Shown here: piece after piece, positions 12,356 through 26,152 of the stretch
Position numbering within the stretch: position 1 is the first letter of the stretch
How the letters are laid out: each line of letters opens with the position of its first letter
NCBI GenBank assembly: GCA_050084515.1
Contig: CM114271.1
Location: forward strand, 14,198,001-14,262,000
DNA from: Blasia pusilla
Lineage: Eukaryota
Direction: 5' to 3'
Length of the DNA: 64,000 nt
The notes under the pieces: model-generated
What the model was told of the DNA's origin: nothing
The model's input: only the letters and a program-made list of their open reading frames with translations
Database searches by the model: none
Position numbers and translations under genes: made by a program

Positions 12356-12494
12356 TTGTGTGATCTCCATGTATATGTATGAGTTGATTTTTTTGTACAT
12401 GTGAGGATCGACCTGTGTGTGGGGAAGATCGGTGTTGTGTGGTGTAGATGTGATGAGCGATGTATGTTGTGTAGCGATATGTATGCGCACGACA
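12356..12494 (+). repeat. 3' terminal repeat B of E1
   Basis: Follows the conserved CTAAGGGGGC tract and ends TGTGTAGCGATATGTATGCGCACGACA, like B repeats in the other copies. Confidence 0.75.
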
Positions 12495-15400
12495 GCCCTC
12501 AAATCTTTCATATTGATCTCTATATCAATACAAGCCTAATCTTAACTCAAGAGGCCCTAGGCTCAATACACTAGCATAGTCTTGCTATAATATATCAAGG
12601 ATTCCATTCTTGAAGTCTTACATGTAAAGTTGAGCTCCAAATGAACCTCTTAAAGGATGTATCCTTATTTCAATTGTATGGTAACCTATGTGCTCAAGTC
12701 AACATTCCAACCAGGAGATCATTATCAACCTATGATACATGTTGATAGTGTTATAGACACTCCTCAACTATCTCTATATCTAATCATCTCATATTAAACA
12801 ACAAGCAAAGACCCCTCATAAGAGATCAATCCCTCTTATGCCAGCCTAGTTGAGGCTAGTTGGCTCAAGTACAACAACTACACGCATGACACTCAGTAAC
12901 GAGTCACCAAAAGGATGTACTCATAGGTCATATCTGAGGTCCTAGAGGTCACAATCACCTCCCCAAATGAGCATTACAAAGGACCCCTCTAAGCCCCAAC
13001 GTAATTTTTCCTGCTCTCTACAATTATGATATGTTGGAATAGAGAGTGATTAGAAAAGTTGTGTTTAGAAAAGTTGAGGATATATATTAGTAGGTCAAGG
13101 ATGACCTATTGGGCAGATGGAAGACATGCGTATGTAGGATATTAGGATTTAGTTAGAGGAATTTCCTTTCTTTGAGCATGGTTGAATATACTTGGCAAAA
13201 TCTACCACTATTGCAACATAATTGTAGACGAACATAGATACTTTTTGTCAACAAGTTGATTGTTACTCTCATATGAACTAATGGACTTGCAAAATGAAAT
13301 CCTAAGGTCTCCTACACCCACACTAAGTGCCTTATATTCATATATTGTATTACTCTCGAAGAGTGCGTAAATTATTATGAGACAGAATGTTCAAAACTTC
13401 AAAATAAGGTTTGATTGTATGGTAGTTGTTGGAAAAGAAAAGGGGTGTCAAGAAAAAAATTAAAGGAAGGGATTAATTGAAGACAAGGTTGAAGTCAGGA
13501 GGGAAGGTGAGATTTGATTTGTTTGTTCTAAATAAAGAGTTGTCTATGAGAATTAGGGGATGTTTTTTCCTACAAAGAGAAAAACCAAGAGAGTAAATCT
13601 TTTGCAAGTGAGGAAGAGGAAATTTTTTTTCCTAAATACGGAGGTAATATTAAAGCTTATTTGAATGAAGGAAGAGAATTTTCAAAAATAAATAGGGAAA
13701 AGGGGATTTTTATTTATGAAGATGATATGAGAATGAAGATTTTTTGAATGTAGAAGGGGAAAGGAAGTTTTGGGAGTTTTTAATGAATTTAGAGAGGTAG
13801 AGGGAAACACATTTCTAAGTTTTTTTATTATCATACAAAAGCACCATCATACTTCCAGAAGTGTACGTAAAGCAAACTAATAAATTTATGCCCATCCAAA
13901 TGGGCAATCTTAAGCCTTTTAGGACCCATGATTTCAATCCCCCCCTCGCCCCCCTCCGGATAGTAGGTCGATAACCACCTCCCCGAATAGTCGCATACCT
14001 CGACGTATCCCGATGCTGCGCAATCGCCAAGTTCTCAAACGCCATGGGCATCACTCTCCGAAACAATTCAGCCCTCTGAGAACATGCTCACATCCATACA
14101 TCAGGGTCATCAAGGTTCAACACCTCACCAACATCTCGACAAATGGCTGCAAGTAAATTTGGCTCTCGGACATATAGCAGCAAGTACGGTGAGAAAGACG
14201 CTAAGGATGCTTGCTTGCTGAATTTGTATCCCATCGCCAACCACGGCAACTGCAGGTCCCAATCTCCTAGGTGACCTTTGTGCAAGCCATACTTGCGTAA
14301 TCCTCTCTTCACCATTTGCACAACCCTCTCCGCTAGTCCATCCGCCTCAGGATGATCTCGCGAAGTGGTGCGGTGGTCGATGAGCGCCTAATGACACAAG
14401 GCTTGAAACTCCCCGCAAAACTCTATACCCTGGTGTGTCAACACCTCATCTGATGTGCCGTGATGACTTAGAACTGATCTAGGAAGGCATACGCTACTCC
14501 CTCACTCGCTTTATTAGGCAATGCAACCAACTCTATCCACTTCGAGATGTGCTTGACCATCATCAACACATAATGACTATGGCGCTTCATCAAAGACAAA
14601 GGTCCTGAGAAAATCCAAACTCCACCTATAACCTAAATCCATGATCGAAAGTGGATGCAATTGTGGAGTTGGAGCATTGAACGAGGCTCGGACCCGATCA
14701 CAAACCATGCATATGGCAACAAACTGTGGAACGTCAGTCTGCATGCCTCACCACCAATACTGTATCTAGAGCAAGTTGTACGTCCGCTTCACTCCAAAAT
14801 GACCCAACTCCTTGTGGGCATGACGCACCAAACGTACTCTCTACAAAGGATAAGACACTACACGCACTCTACATCCTCCCAAACTCGCAACACATGTGTC
14901 TCCTCCCACCGGAACCGTCTGGCTCGCTATAGGATCCGATTATGCTCTCTAGCACCCACTGTGCTCGTGACGCTGCCAATACAGAGGAACCCCAAGACTA
15001 CTCCATCGTGGTGAATGTCTCAGCCACCTGTCATCTCCTCACCGGCCTCAAAATCTAAGGACTCTCCATCAGACCTTGCCATCAAAGTCTCAGCAATCTG
15101 GCTTTCCATAGCTAACAAGCCCAAATAGGCTGACGCGTGCCATCTTGGCACCAACTCCTCATCACTCTCACCATGCCAACAAGCTCCAGTTGTATCTCGC
15201 TGACTTGGGCATGGATTACGGCTCAAACCATCTGTATCCTGCTTGAGCATCCCACGTCTATGCACCACTTAGAAGTCATACTCCTACAACAAAAGAGCCC
15301 ACCTCGCAAGCTTCCCTATAAGCTTGTCGGACTCCATCAACCACTAAAGTGGTTGATGATCAGTAATGAGGGTAAAGGGGTTGCCAAATAAATAACACCT

Positions 15401-18400
15401 GAAATGTGCGACAGCCCACACCGCAGTCAAGCACTCATCCTCATACGAGCTATACTTTGCCTCTACAACATTGTTCGAGTGACTAGCGTAAGCCACCACA
15501 AACTCTCTACCATCATCGTCATGCTAGGTGAGCATGGCTCCAAGCCCTAACATGCGCCAATCGGTATGCAAGTGGACAACACGCCCCCTGATCGGTCTCC
15601 TCAATATGGGCACGGACGTCAATCTGTTCTTGAGCAGCTGAAATACTCTCTCCTGCTCATCCCCCTAGTGCCACTCTTGATCCACCTTGGTCATCAAGGT
15701 TAGCGGCTTCGTAATCAAATTGAAACCCTTGACGTACCGTCGATAGAAGTTTGCTAATCCCATGAATGCACGAACTCGACTCACATCTGTAGGGCGTGGA
15801 ATGCGTGAAATAGCCTCTACCTTTGTCTGCTGCACACCAAGGCCCCCTCGGTATATTGTATGACCCAAGTACTTAATCAAGTCGTAGAAAAACTTGCACT
15901 TGCCTGAATGTAGCTTCAGCCCATGTAATTGCAATCTTCGAAACACCTCCTCTAGATGTTGCTCATGCTCCTCAATCATGGGGCTAAAGACTACAATGTC
16001 ATCAATATAACACCTAGAAAAATCCAGACGTGCCAAGATCCTATCCATGACCCTGTGAAACTCAACCGAGCCGTTCTTTAACCTGAATGGTAGGAACCGC
16101 CATTGGTACAAACAATCCTTCTCGTTAGGATCGATGCCCCAAAATGCTATCTTGTGCCTGTCCTCCAATTTGATAGGCAGTTGATGGTATCCGGCTCGCA
16201 AATCTAATGAAATGAAGACCTTTGCATGCCCAATCGCATTAAAGATCTCCTCAGGTATGGGCATGGCATAGCTATTGGACTTCATCTGCCAATTGATAGG
16301 TTGGTAATCTCCACACATCCGCCTATCGGTCTAGTTGCCATGCACATCCTTCTTGGCGGGCATGATAGTGGCACATGCATACTTTCCATGCGACATCTCC
16401 ACTAGTCCTGCTCCAACCAAGTCTTGGCTCCTACTCTGAGTCAGAGCCCTCTCCATGTCACTATACCTATAGGATCGTCGGAAGATTGGCGTGTCACTCG
16501 ACAACTCAATGTGGATCCCTCGATCCTTCAGCGTACCCAAATCATGCATGCTAAATGCAAAACAACTCCTATAACTCCTCAGGAATTGATGTATCCAGCA
16601 CCGCTCTCCTTCTGTCAACTTAAGGCCCATATCTCGCTTCCAAGTCTCCATCGTGATTATGGTAGGACTCTCCGGCGCGGGTGTAGGTGGTGTCGTGCGA
16701 ATCCACATCGTCATACAACATATATCGCTGACGTACCATACTCACATACATACATAAAATAGACAAGAGCATACACAAACACAAGTGTACCACAACTGAA
16801 ATCCGTGAAAGACCTATTGTCATAAAATACGTAAAGAATCACATACAATCGAGCCAAGCCCACTCCACGACGGGAGAATCCAGGCCGAAGCTTACGGGAA
16901 CCACAATAGCCAAGAGCTCTACTCACTACCAAGGCTAACTCCCAACGCAACCGGCTCAACTCAAAGAACTAACTATTCTTTGAGTACACTCCACACTTTA
17001 CCCTCCAACCTAAGGGCAAGCCCCATTGGAATAGTCACCCTCAACGGAGTAACCCGCAACCCTATGTATGAAACCGCATCCCTACCTAGGCACTACGGCC
17101 CTACATAAGGTATGGCCTCTACTAGCACACTATAATCTACGACATAATCCATATGGTCATGACAGCTATCGTGCGAATCCATATCTTGATACAACATACA
17201 TCGTTGACATACCATACTCACATACATAACATAACATAGACGAGAGCATACACTTGCACAAGTGTACCACAACTTGCCCCCCTAACTAGCGGTTAGGTCC
17301 CTCTAACTCCTAGGTAGCCCTATACATCTACTACATGCTATACACCTTTGTGGGTGCACGAATTAGAAGGCCGGATGCTAGGTTGCCCCATCGTAAGTCG
17401 CACATCTGTAATCCATATCATGCAAAAATCAAGTCATCTACCCCTTCTAAGTACATCGAGGAAAAACCCACCTTCCAGTAGGAACAACATCCATACTTGG
17501 AGTCAAACACATCATGTGCCAACCCCTAGAACACCGATCACACACCAACATACGGGCTGCATTACCACCAGACCCACACAACATGCACCTCAAGCTAGCA
17601 CATATCATGGCTAAGCTTGGGTCAACAGTACCATCCAAATTTGGAAGATGATATGGCGTAAAATTACTCACATGGTCCTTCCAAACAACTCCATCACGAC
17701 TCTCCAACATGAGAACTCCAGAAGCTAACACCTCTTGCACTCATAAAATAGTGCGGCCTGCCGTCACATCCAACGTTGTCGGTGAAATCTGCTGCAAATA
17801 GACATAGTCCCCCACATGGAACCTACAAATTGATAGTCTATCACCTCCACCCAAAATGGTTTCATACCGCAATGTATCCCTGTGTTGAGCAATAGCAAGA
17901 TTCTCAAAGGTTTTTGGCATAACTCTCCGAAAGAGCTCTGCCCGCTGAGAACACACTTTCATCCACATCTCTAGGTCATCAAGGTTCACCACCTCACTAG
18001 ACTCTCGACAAATCGCTACTGGCAAGTCTGGATCTTGGTCGTATAACAGAAAATAAGATGAGAAGGAAGCCAAGGATGCTTGGCGATTGAACCTATACCC
18101 CATGGCTAACCATGGCAACTAAATATCCTAGTCTCTAAGATGCCCCTTCTGTAGGCCATACTTGCGCAATGCCCTCTTCACCGTCTGAACAACACGCTCA
18201 GCCAAACCATCCGCCTTTGGATGATCTCGAGACGTGGTCCGATGATCAATCAACGCCTTGTCACACAAGACCTGAAACTCACCCTGAAACTCTGTACCCT
18301 GGTCGGTCAGCACCTCAGCTGGTGCACCAAAATGACTAAGCACTCTATCAAGAAACCCATACGCCTTGTCAGGTAATGCCATCAACTCAATCCACTTGGA

Positions 18401-20789
18401 GAAGTGCTCCACCATCACCAACACATATCAATGATGTCGTATAGTCAACGATAACGGTCCTGCAAAGTCCACGCTTCAATGGTAACCCAACCCCATAATA
18501 GGCAAGGGGTGTAACTGTGGTATAAGGGCATTGAATGATGCCCTCACCCGGTCACAAATCATACAACGTGACACCAACTGCTGCACTTGAGTATGCATGC
18601 CACGCCACCAATACTGGCCAAGGAGTAAGCTATACCTACGCTTTACCCCAAAATGTCCCAACTCCTCATGGGCATGTCGCACAATGCGCTCTCTCTGAGC
18701 CAAATACGGCACCACTCGTACTCTACCATCCTCCCACACACAGAGAATATGTGTTCTCTCCAATCGATACCTCCTAGCACGTTGGAACACGGTCTCGCTC
18801 CTTGGAAATCACTATATCTGGCATCCTACTGGTCCGTAGGAACTCCAACACCAACGCGTCATCATGAATATCAGGCTGATCCGTACCACCATCTCCAACC
18901 TCAGGATCTGAAGGTTGGCCATCTACCCTCTAAGTAGAGTAAGATGTCATGTGGTCCTCCATAGTAGAGTCCACCCCTAACCAACATAAAAAGGCAAATG
19001 CATGCCAACCTGGCACCATCTCCTCATCAACCTCGCCATGCCATTTAGCCCCAGTTGCATCCTATTGGCGAGTACATGGATTTCTACTCAACCCATCAGC
19101 ATCAAGGTTGGAAACTCCAGGTCTATGTACCACCTGGAAGTCATTCTCCTATAAGATAAGAGCCCACCGTGCAAGCTTCCCTGTAAGCTTGTCAGACTCC
19201 ATCAACCACTTGAACGACTGGTGATCAGTTACAAGGGTAAATTGTGTGCCAAACAAGTAACACCTAAAGTGTGCCACAACCCACACTACTGCCAAGCACT
19301 CTCTCTCATATGAACTATAGCACGACTCCGCTGCATTATTCAAACGACTTGCATAGGCCACCACAAACTCCATGTGCTCATCATCATGTTGTGTCAACAT
19401 CGCTCCAAGTCCCAACATACTCCAATCAGTGTGCAACTAAAATGGGCGCCCTTTGATAGGTCTCCTCAAGATAGGCACGGCCACCAACAGGGCCTTGACC
19501 TCCACAAAAGCTCTCTCCTGATCATCTCCCTATTGCCACTCCTGATGTGATTTCACCAATTGGTTTAAAGGCTTTGCCATAGCACAAAATCCCTTCACAT
19601 ACCTCCGATAGTAGTTCGCCAATCCCATGAATGCCCGAACTCTACTCACATCTACCAGACAAGGAATAAGTGCAATAGCTTCCACCTTTTCTTGCTGAAC
19701 TCCCAAACCACCTGGATAGATCACATGACCCAAGTACTCAACATCCTCATGGAAGAACTTACATTTTTATGGATGCAAACGTAGACCATGAGCTTTCAAC
19801 CACTCAAACACAATCTGCAAATTTATCTGATGCTCCTCCACCGTGTTACTAAACACCAAGATATCATCAATGTAGCACTGAACAAAATCCAACCCTGCTA
19901 GGATCCTGTCCATCACTCTTTGAAACTCGGCAGGTGCATTCTTCAACCCAAAGGGTAAGAATTTCCATTGATACAAACAATCCTTGCCATGAGAGTTGAC
20001 ATCCCAAAATGTTGTCTTGGCCTTGTCACTCTCTCGAATGGGCAACTAATGGTATCTTGCCCGAAGATCCAAAGTACTGAAAATCTTTGCATGTCCCACC
20101 ATATCAAAGATCTCCTCAGCTGTAGGCATGGCATACCTATCGGCCTTGGTCTGCCGATTAAAAGGACGGTAATCTCCGCACATCCACCTATCCGTGTAGT
20201 TGCCATGCACATCCTTTTTAGCGGGCATGACAGTGGCTGATGCATACTCCCCATGCGAAAACTCCACTAATCCAGCCTCCAAAAGGTCCAACGTCCTACT
20301 CTGAATTAGGTCCCTCTCCATATCACTATATCGGTAGGTACGACGGAAGATTGGCGTATCACTAGCCAAATCAATCCGTATACCAGGTCCAACCAAAGCA
20401 CCCAACTCCTTCATGCTTAAGGCAAAACAACTCTTATAAGCATGTAGGAATTGTGTCAAGCGTCGTTTCTCACCTCCCGTAAGCTTGGGCCCAAGAAATG
20501 GCTCCCAAGTCTTCTCCAGTGGCACACTAGAGGGAGAGGACAATGCCATTGGTTGCTACGCAACCCCCTCAGAAGATGGTAAACCCTTAGCTACACCATC
20601 ATCTAATCAAATAACTCCTCCACTAGCATGAGCAACCAACTCCACATGCCCAGCCATTACATCCCATTTACTCCAAGGATGCAAAATACTACTCTCCTCG
20701 CCCCCAACCGATGCCTCTACCTTCTCGGTAGCCATCGAGCTCATCACAAGGGGTGGAAGACCCACAGACATAGTCGGAAGTCGACGCTG

Positions 20790-21790
20790 CTCGGCCATAC
20801 CAAGACTCAAAATCCAGGTCAAAAAATTCAGGTCCATGGCTTGACCCAACACATGACGTCATGAAGCCTCAGAAATGGAAGCAACCGCTGTCACACTAGT
20901 AGCAAATCCCATCACACGCTCTCTCTCATCATTGTTAGGCTCCACCAACTGTCGCACATGAGAGTCCCATACAAGCCCGGGACCACCTTCCTTGTATGCA
21001 TGTGACGAGGGAAAACTCACAAATGTGGATAGTGCCATCCTAGGCTGCCCCACACGGTACACCACTACCATGGGTGATCGATCAATAACCCTCACCACCT
21101 GAGAAAGTCGCCCAGTATCCAAGATTCTATCCACTGTAAGGCAAGGATCCCGCTGCATTGCACTCATATGTATGGTGTAGAACCTCCCTAGGCAACAAGT
21201 TTGTCCACCACAAGCGTGGACGATGTGCAAGCGAGCCAACTCGCGCTCTATCCAACAACACCGCTAGTCCAATCCAAGACTGCACCTCATGAACACTCAC
21301 CATCATCTGGGTCCGAGTGTCACCCAACAATGGAACATTCTCTAGAATGTAAGTTGGACCACGTGCTTGATGAACCCGAAGATGTCGTAACACACACAAC
21401 ATCTCCCAAAAAAATCGAGACCTAGGGTCGTGTAATCCCTCACCACGACCAGCACGTGTATGACCCTAACATGGCAATCCAGCAATCACCAAATCCACAA
21501 GACCAACCCTCTCAAGGTCCTGCGCCCCCAACAATGCAATGTGTGACGGCAAAGCACGCTAGTACCCACAAATAGCTGATGGCGGCAACAACTCAGGATA
21601 TCTCCGCATCAACTGACCAATATGTCGAGATGAGACTCTCTGGGCCATCTCATCTTGCTCCACATACACGTATCTCCGCATAGGAATATCGGCCTACAAC
21701 ATTGCAGCCAAACCACTGTTAATCCCACCAAAGAGATCTAACACACAAATGCCCTGCGGCGCATACCGCCATGCAATGGGTGTAGTATCC
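20790..21790 (-). pseudogene. E3 C5-cytosine methyltransferase domain
   Basis: ICVLDLFGGINSGLAA, VDLVIAGLPC*GH, YILENVPLLGD, AHRPRLWWTNL, ERERVMGF, LGQAMDL. Confidence 0.9.
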
Positions 21791-21877
21791 AAAAGGGATA
21801 ACCCAACTGGACCAGAAGTAGGAGTCCGCCGTGGAGCCTCCTCTTCCTCGTGAGGTATAACAGCCTCACACCAAGCC

Positions 21878-21942
21878 TCCTACATTAGGCGATCAGCCTC
21901 CTACACTAGGCGATCAACCTCCTACACTAGGCGATCAGCCTC
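21878..21942. repeat. Three tandem copies of a 21-bp unit in the E3 PR-MTase linker
   Basis: CCTCCTACA(T/C)TAGGCGATCA(G/A) x3. Confidence 0.85.
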
Positions 21943-24900
21943 TGCCATAGTGCACTGCCTGAACTCCAAAGTGGCACATCCAACGATGAGGATAACAGTG
22001 CTGCAAAACTAGGGACCTCCTCTACCTCCTCATGCACAAGAGAATCCATAGCATAAAGGTTACCCTCCAAAAAGTCTCCAGGCCAAGTGACTACTCCCCT
22101 AAAACCAGCCACAGATGCTAATACCGTTGGGGAAGACCCTCTTGGTCAAGCCCCATAAATAAATCTAACAAGAACCTGGCTCATACGTCCATCCCCGGAC
22201 TGCCAACCAGGTCTATAAGACGCTGTCTCGGTCCAATAGTCCATCTAAAAACCCATGGGGTATAATATTGCTCCTCCAACTAGTACATCATACGACTCAG
22301 CTGATGTGACCACTGTAGGTACTCCCAACTTGGAGCTATCAATCGCATGATCTGGTCTCTACTATAGAGACAACTTCTCTCATGTCATGAAATGAGACCT
22401 ATCACTGGCTCCTCCAAGTGATGTCTGAATTTGGAATGGGCAAGGCTCAAGCTCTGACCTCCGAATACCCAGGCCAATACATGCCACCTTTCCCAACATC
22501 AAAGGTTGGGCACCAGAGTCTAACAAGACTCTATATGGTCTATACACGTGTCCTGTAGGACTCACCAATCGGAATATCCCACTCCGGTTGTCCAACATAC
22601 ATACACCAAGTGTAAGCCTCTCACAATCAATGGCTGGCCGGGCTGATAATGCATCCATCTTCACCGGTGTTGCCTGCCAAGTAGCATTGGTACTCAATGC
22701 TACACCTGACATAGAGGGTTACTCCACCGCAACACTCTCATCCACCTCAGCACGTGTAGCAATAACACTCCCATGTTCACACAACATGGCCGCTAGTTGA
22801 AATACAGGAGCTAAGTCAACCCCTAAGGCCATCAACTGAGTGGCTAAAAACAATGGGGATCCCAACACTGAAGTTGCCATCCGCAATACTGCACTAGATG
22901 TTGCATCCGTATCTACTATACGCGATGTAGATGCCTCAATCCCCACTTTAGGCTCAATAGGTTGCGTAGGAACCATGGATGGAGTCCTAAGCACCTCAGA
23001 CCACAAGAATGACCGGGGGAGCCTAGCCTACCTCCCAGCCTCACCCCTCTGTGGATCCAACTCCACAGTAGCACCACGTGGCTCTGACGCTCGAGTGGCT
23101 CCTCTTGTAACTGCAGCTGATGCCTCAACCTATGCTCCACTCACCATATAAGAGAGATCATCCCCTCCATAAGAGATGGAAGCCCCTACTCCTGAACCTG
23201 CTCCATGCTAGATACCAGCCATAGTAGCCAACCTTTGCTCCAACTGCTCAATCCTGGTAGCCATAGCTGACTCTGTCATAATGGTAGGGGCAGCCACCGT
23301 AGGCTCTCTAGCCGCTGGTCCACCTCTACCACCCCTACCACCTCTACCACCTCGGCCTCTTGGAGCTACTCCACCAGGGCCGCGGCCTGTCTGAACACTG
23401 GATGAAGATCAAAGCAACGCTCTCGAGGATGACCTGGTTTCCCACAATGATCACACTGAGTTGGGGCTGACTAAGGTCCATCCTCCAAAGTCCGTCCCCC
23501 ATCCTCTTGGGGACAAAACCTCCTAACATGATCACCTCCACATGTCCAACATGATTTTCCTTGATACGGGGCAGCAAATAAAGGCAATGGTCTCTATGCA
23601 AGTGTCCCTCTAGGACCTAACTGAGGTCGTGTGTACCCCCCACGACTCCCACTACTACTACCACCACCACTACTACGAGACTGTGAGATGGACTGTTGAA
23701 CACGAGAAGTAGTAGTTGTATCCCTACTGAATGCGGATGTCACCACCCTCTCCTCCACCATGTTAAGCTCAATCTTCTCAAATAGAGCAAACACATGGGC
23801 CAATGTGGGTGAATCATCACTCATAAGAGTAGCATCACGTACCCTATGGCGCAACTCTTTGTCCAAGATCCCATACCAAAACTAGACTGCGTAAGCCTCA
23901 GTCACACCTTGGGGAACTGAAATCAAGCATCGCATACGAGTGTATGCCTCACAAAGACTCTCACCAATATTTCGCTCAAATTCTTGAAGACTCCTCAACT
24001 TTTCTGTCTTCACCCCCTGATAGTTCTTCTTCAACCTCTTGAAGAACTCTGCAACTGGGCTGAACGATGGTGGGGCACTAGTACCTCCACTAGTACCCCC
24101 ACTGGTACCTCCACTGGTACCTCCACTCCGGCTCGTACTTGCACCACTCAACGTCGGGCTAGCTGACACAATAAGAGCACTACTACCAATACCACCATGG
24201 GTGATAGACACATAGCCTGGAGACCAATGTTGTCTCCACGCCTCAATCTCAGCAGTATGGTCCCTCCTAAATTCATGGTAATCATCCATGGGTGGTCCCT
24301 CCAAGTGCTGAAACAACCCCTTCCAAGCCAAGAAGGGTGTAAACAACGTGGCGTTCCGCAACATCTACATATCACATCACGTATCAAACTCTTGAATCCT
24401 CCAACTCAATGGTGCCGACTGCACCCGAGTATCTTCGTGGGCCCTTCATGACCCCATACATCTCGTCCATGTCCCAAATCAATGGAGCTGCAACACTCGA
24501 TAACAACGTAGAAGACTCGGTGTTTGGAACACCCTTGTCCTCTTCTTCATCAACCGTCGGAAGTGGAAAAGGTAGCCGATACCTCAATCCACTCCATGTA
24601 AAACCACCATTGTTCGCACCACGGTCCCCAACCAGACCACCAAACAGCTCTGTGATGACCAACGCCGATGCCGCACCACCACCAAATCACCACCACTGAG
24701 TAACCAAGTGACGTCGATGTCAATGTACTATTCTAGCCCTGATAGCTATGGGTGTGGGCAACCTTACTTGTCATCACCACAAGAAGCCTCCCACGCTCTA
24801 GAAGTCATCACTCCACTCTCACCGTGAGAGAAACAAATGTAGTTTGACTGGTCATCACTCCAGCCTCACTACCAATAGCACACAGGAGTAAAACTACTCT

Positions 24901-26152
24901 GGAAATCAGCGTCAGCCCTAACAATGGGCGCGCAAGCAAGAAGCAACGATGGAGGGGATCCAAACACAGGAAGTCCAATGACAACCCTCCAATCGCAACT
25001 GGAAATACAAAATGGAAATCAAGGTAACAAAATCCACCAAACATGGCGCCCCCTGAATCCACAGAACCAACCACACAATTCTAACGCAATAGCTACTCTG
25101 TCGGTGGTCGATGACGTGCTAGTCGCACTCGCAGCACCTGAAAATGTCATCCGCATGGAGAGGCCACACCGTACTATGCGCTAGAGGTCCATCAACCGAA
25201 AACTCGAGATGCATAAAAGCGCCTAACGCATCTCCAAATAACACCAAATGAGCTACACCAGTGTGTACACTGGCATAGTTAAGTACTCAGCAGTTAAGCG
25301 TCTTCCAGACAGAATAGCCCAAAGATGGGTGACCAGTTATGCACCACTTAACTCACAAATCCTGTAAAAACTGCCTCACGCCCAAGCAAGCTTGCTTGCT
25401 TGCTCCTTGCTCCTTACTGCGCCTCTCATGCCCACTCGCCCCAAGCTACCACGAGTCGCCTCGATGCCTCGAAGCCTCGAAGCCTCGAAACCTTGAAACG
25501 CCAAGAAATGCTCAAGACATGCCCCGTTCGCCACACTTCGTTATGGAGAGAGGCCCAACCAAGGCGCCCCCAATGGGATAGGCGTCTCCAACAACGGATG
25601 AGTCACCAACCAGCCCCTCCGATCTGTTGTCCACCATAGCTAGACCTTGAGCTAGTCCGCAAAATTTTGACCAGCAATTACTCCACAAATCCTCGACCAA
25701 AATTGAATCTGTTTCGACTAGAATTCAATTGGCCACCATAGCTATCTCTCCACAAAAAATCAGCTACAACCGAGCTCTATACTTCGAGTTAAAAATCAGA
25801 CAAATTTGTTGTCCATACACCTCCAGAATTGCAAATCCGACAGCGCTTCCGCCCCAATTCATGCACACAGAAATTTGCAACACTCTTTCACCACAGCAAC
25901 AATCCGCTCCACACACTCAACCAGAATCTTCAATCTTTGATAACTTCCAACTCCTCGACGAAATCCGGCGATCTAAAGTGCGTTGGAAAGCTCTCAGCAA
26001 GGCGCTTCTTTCTCAACCAACCACGCATCAGATCCACACCCCCAACATAGGCCACAAGCCACGAACATCCACGGCTGAGTACACAATCAGTCCTAACCAG
26101 ATCCTACTGATCCACGATCGAAGCTACCATTGATCTACTCTAGTTGTTTGAG

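Larger units (their letters stand above)
3802..12494 (+). mobile_element. E1: alpha-subfamily DNMT/PHD-encoding gypsy-like retrotransposon, complete coding region but pseudogenised
   Basis: Starts TGTCACATCTGAGTAGC (same start at 59529+ and 56845-; related at 45834+) and ends ...TGTATGCGCACGACA (same end as the other copies). Gag, PR, C5-MTase, RT, RNase H, IN and PHD motifs occur in order, broken by stops and frameshifts. Confidence 0.93.

Noticed and set aside
26110-26135. TGGTAGCTTCG on the minus strand downstream of A1 in E3 as a possible PBS
   Set aside because: It lies about 23 nt from the A boundary, matches a tRNA 3' end only briefly, and has no evident counterpart after A-alpha or A-beta.
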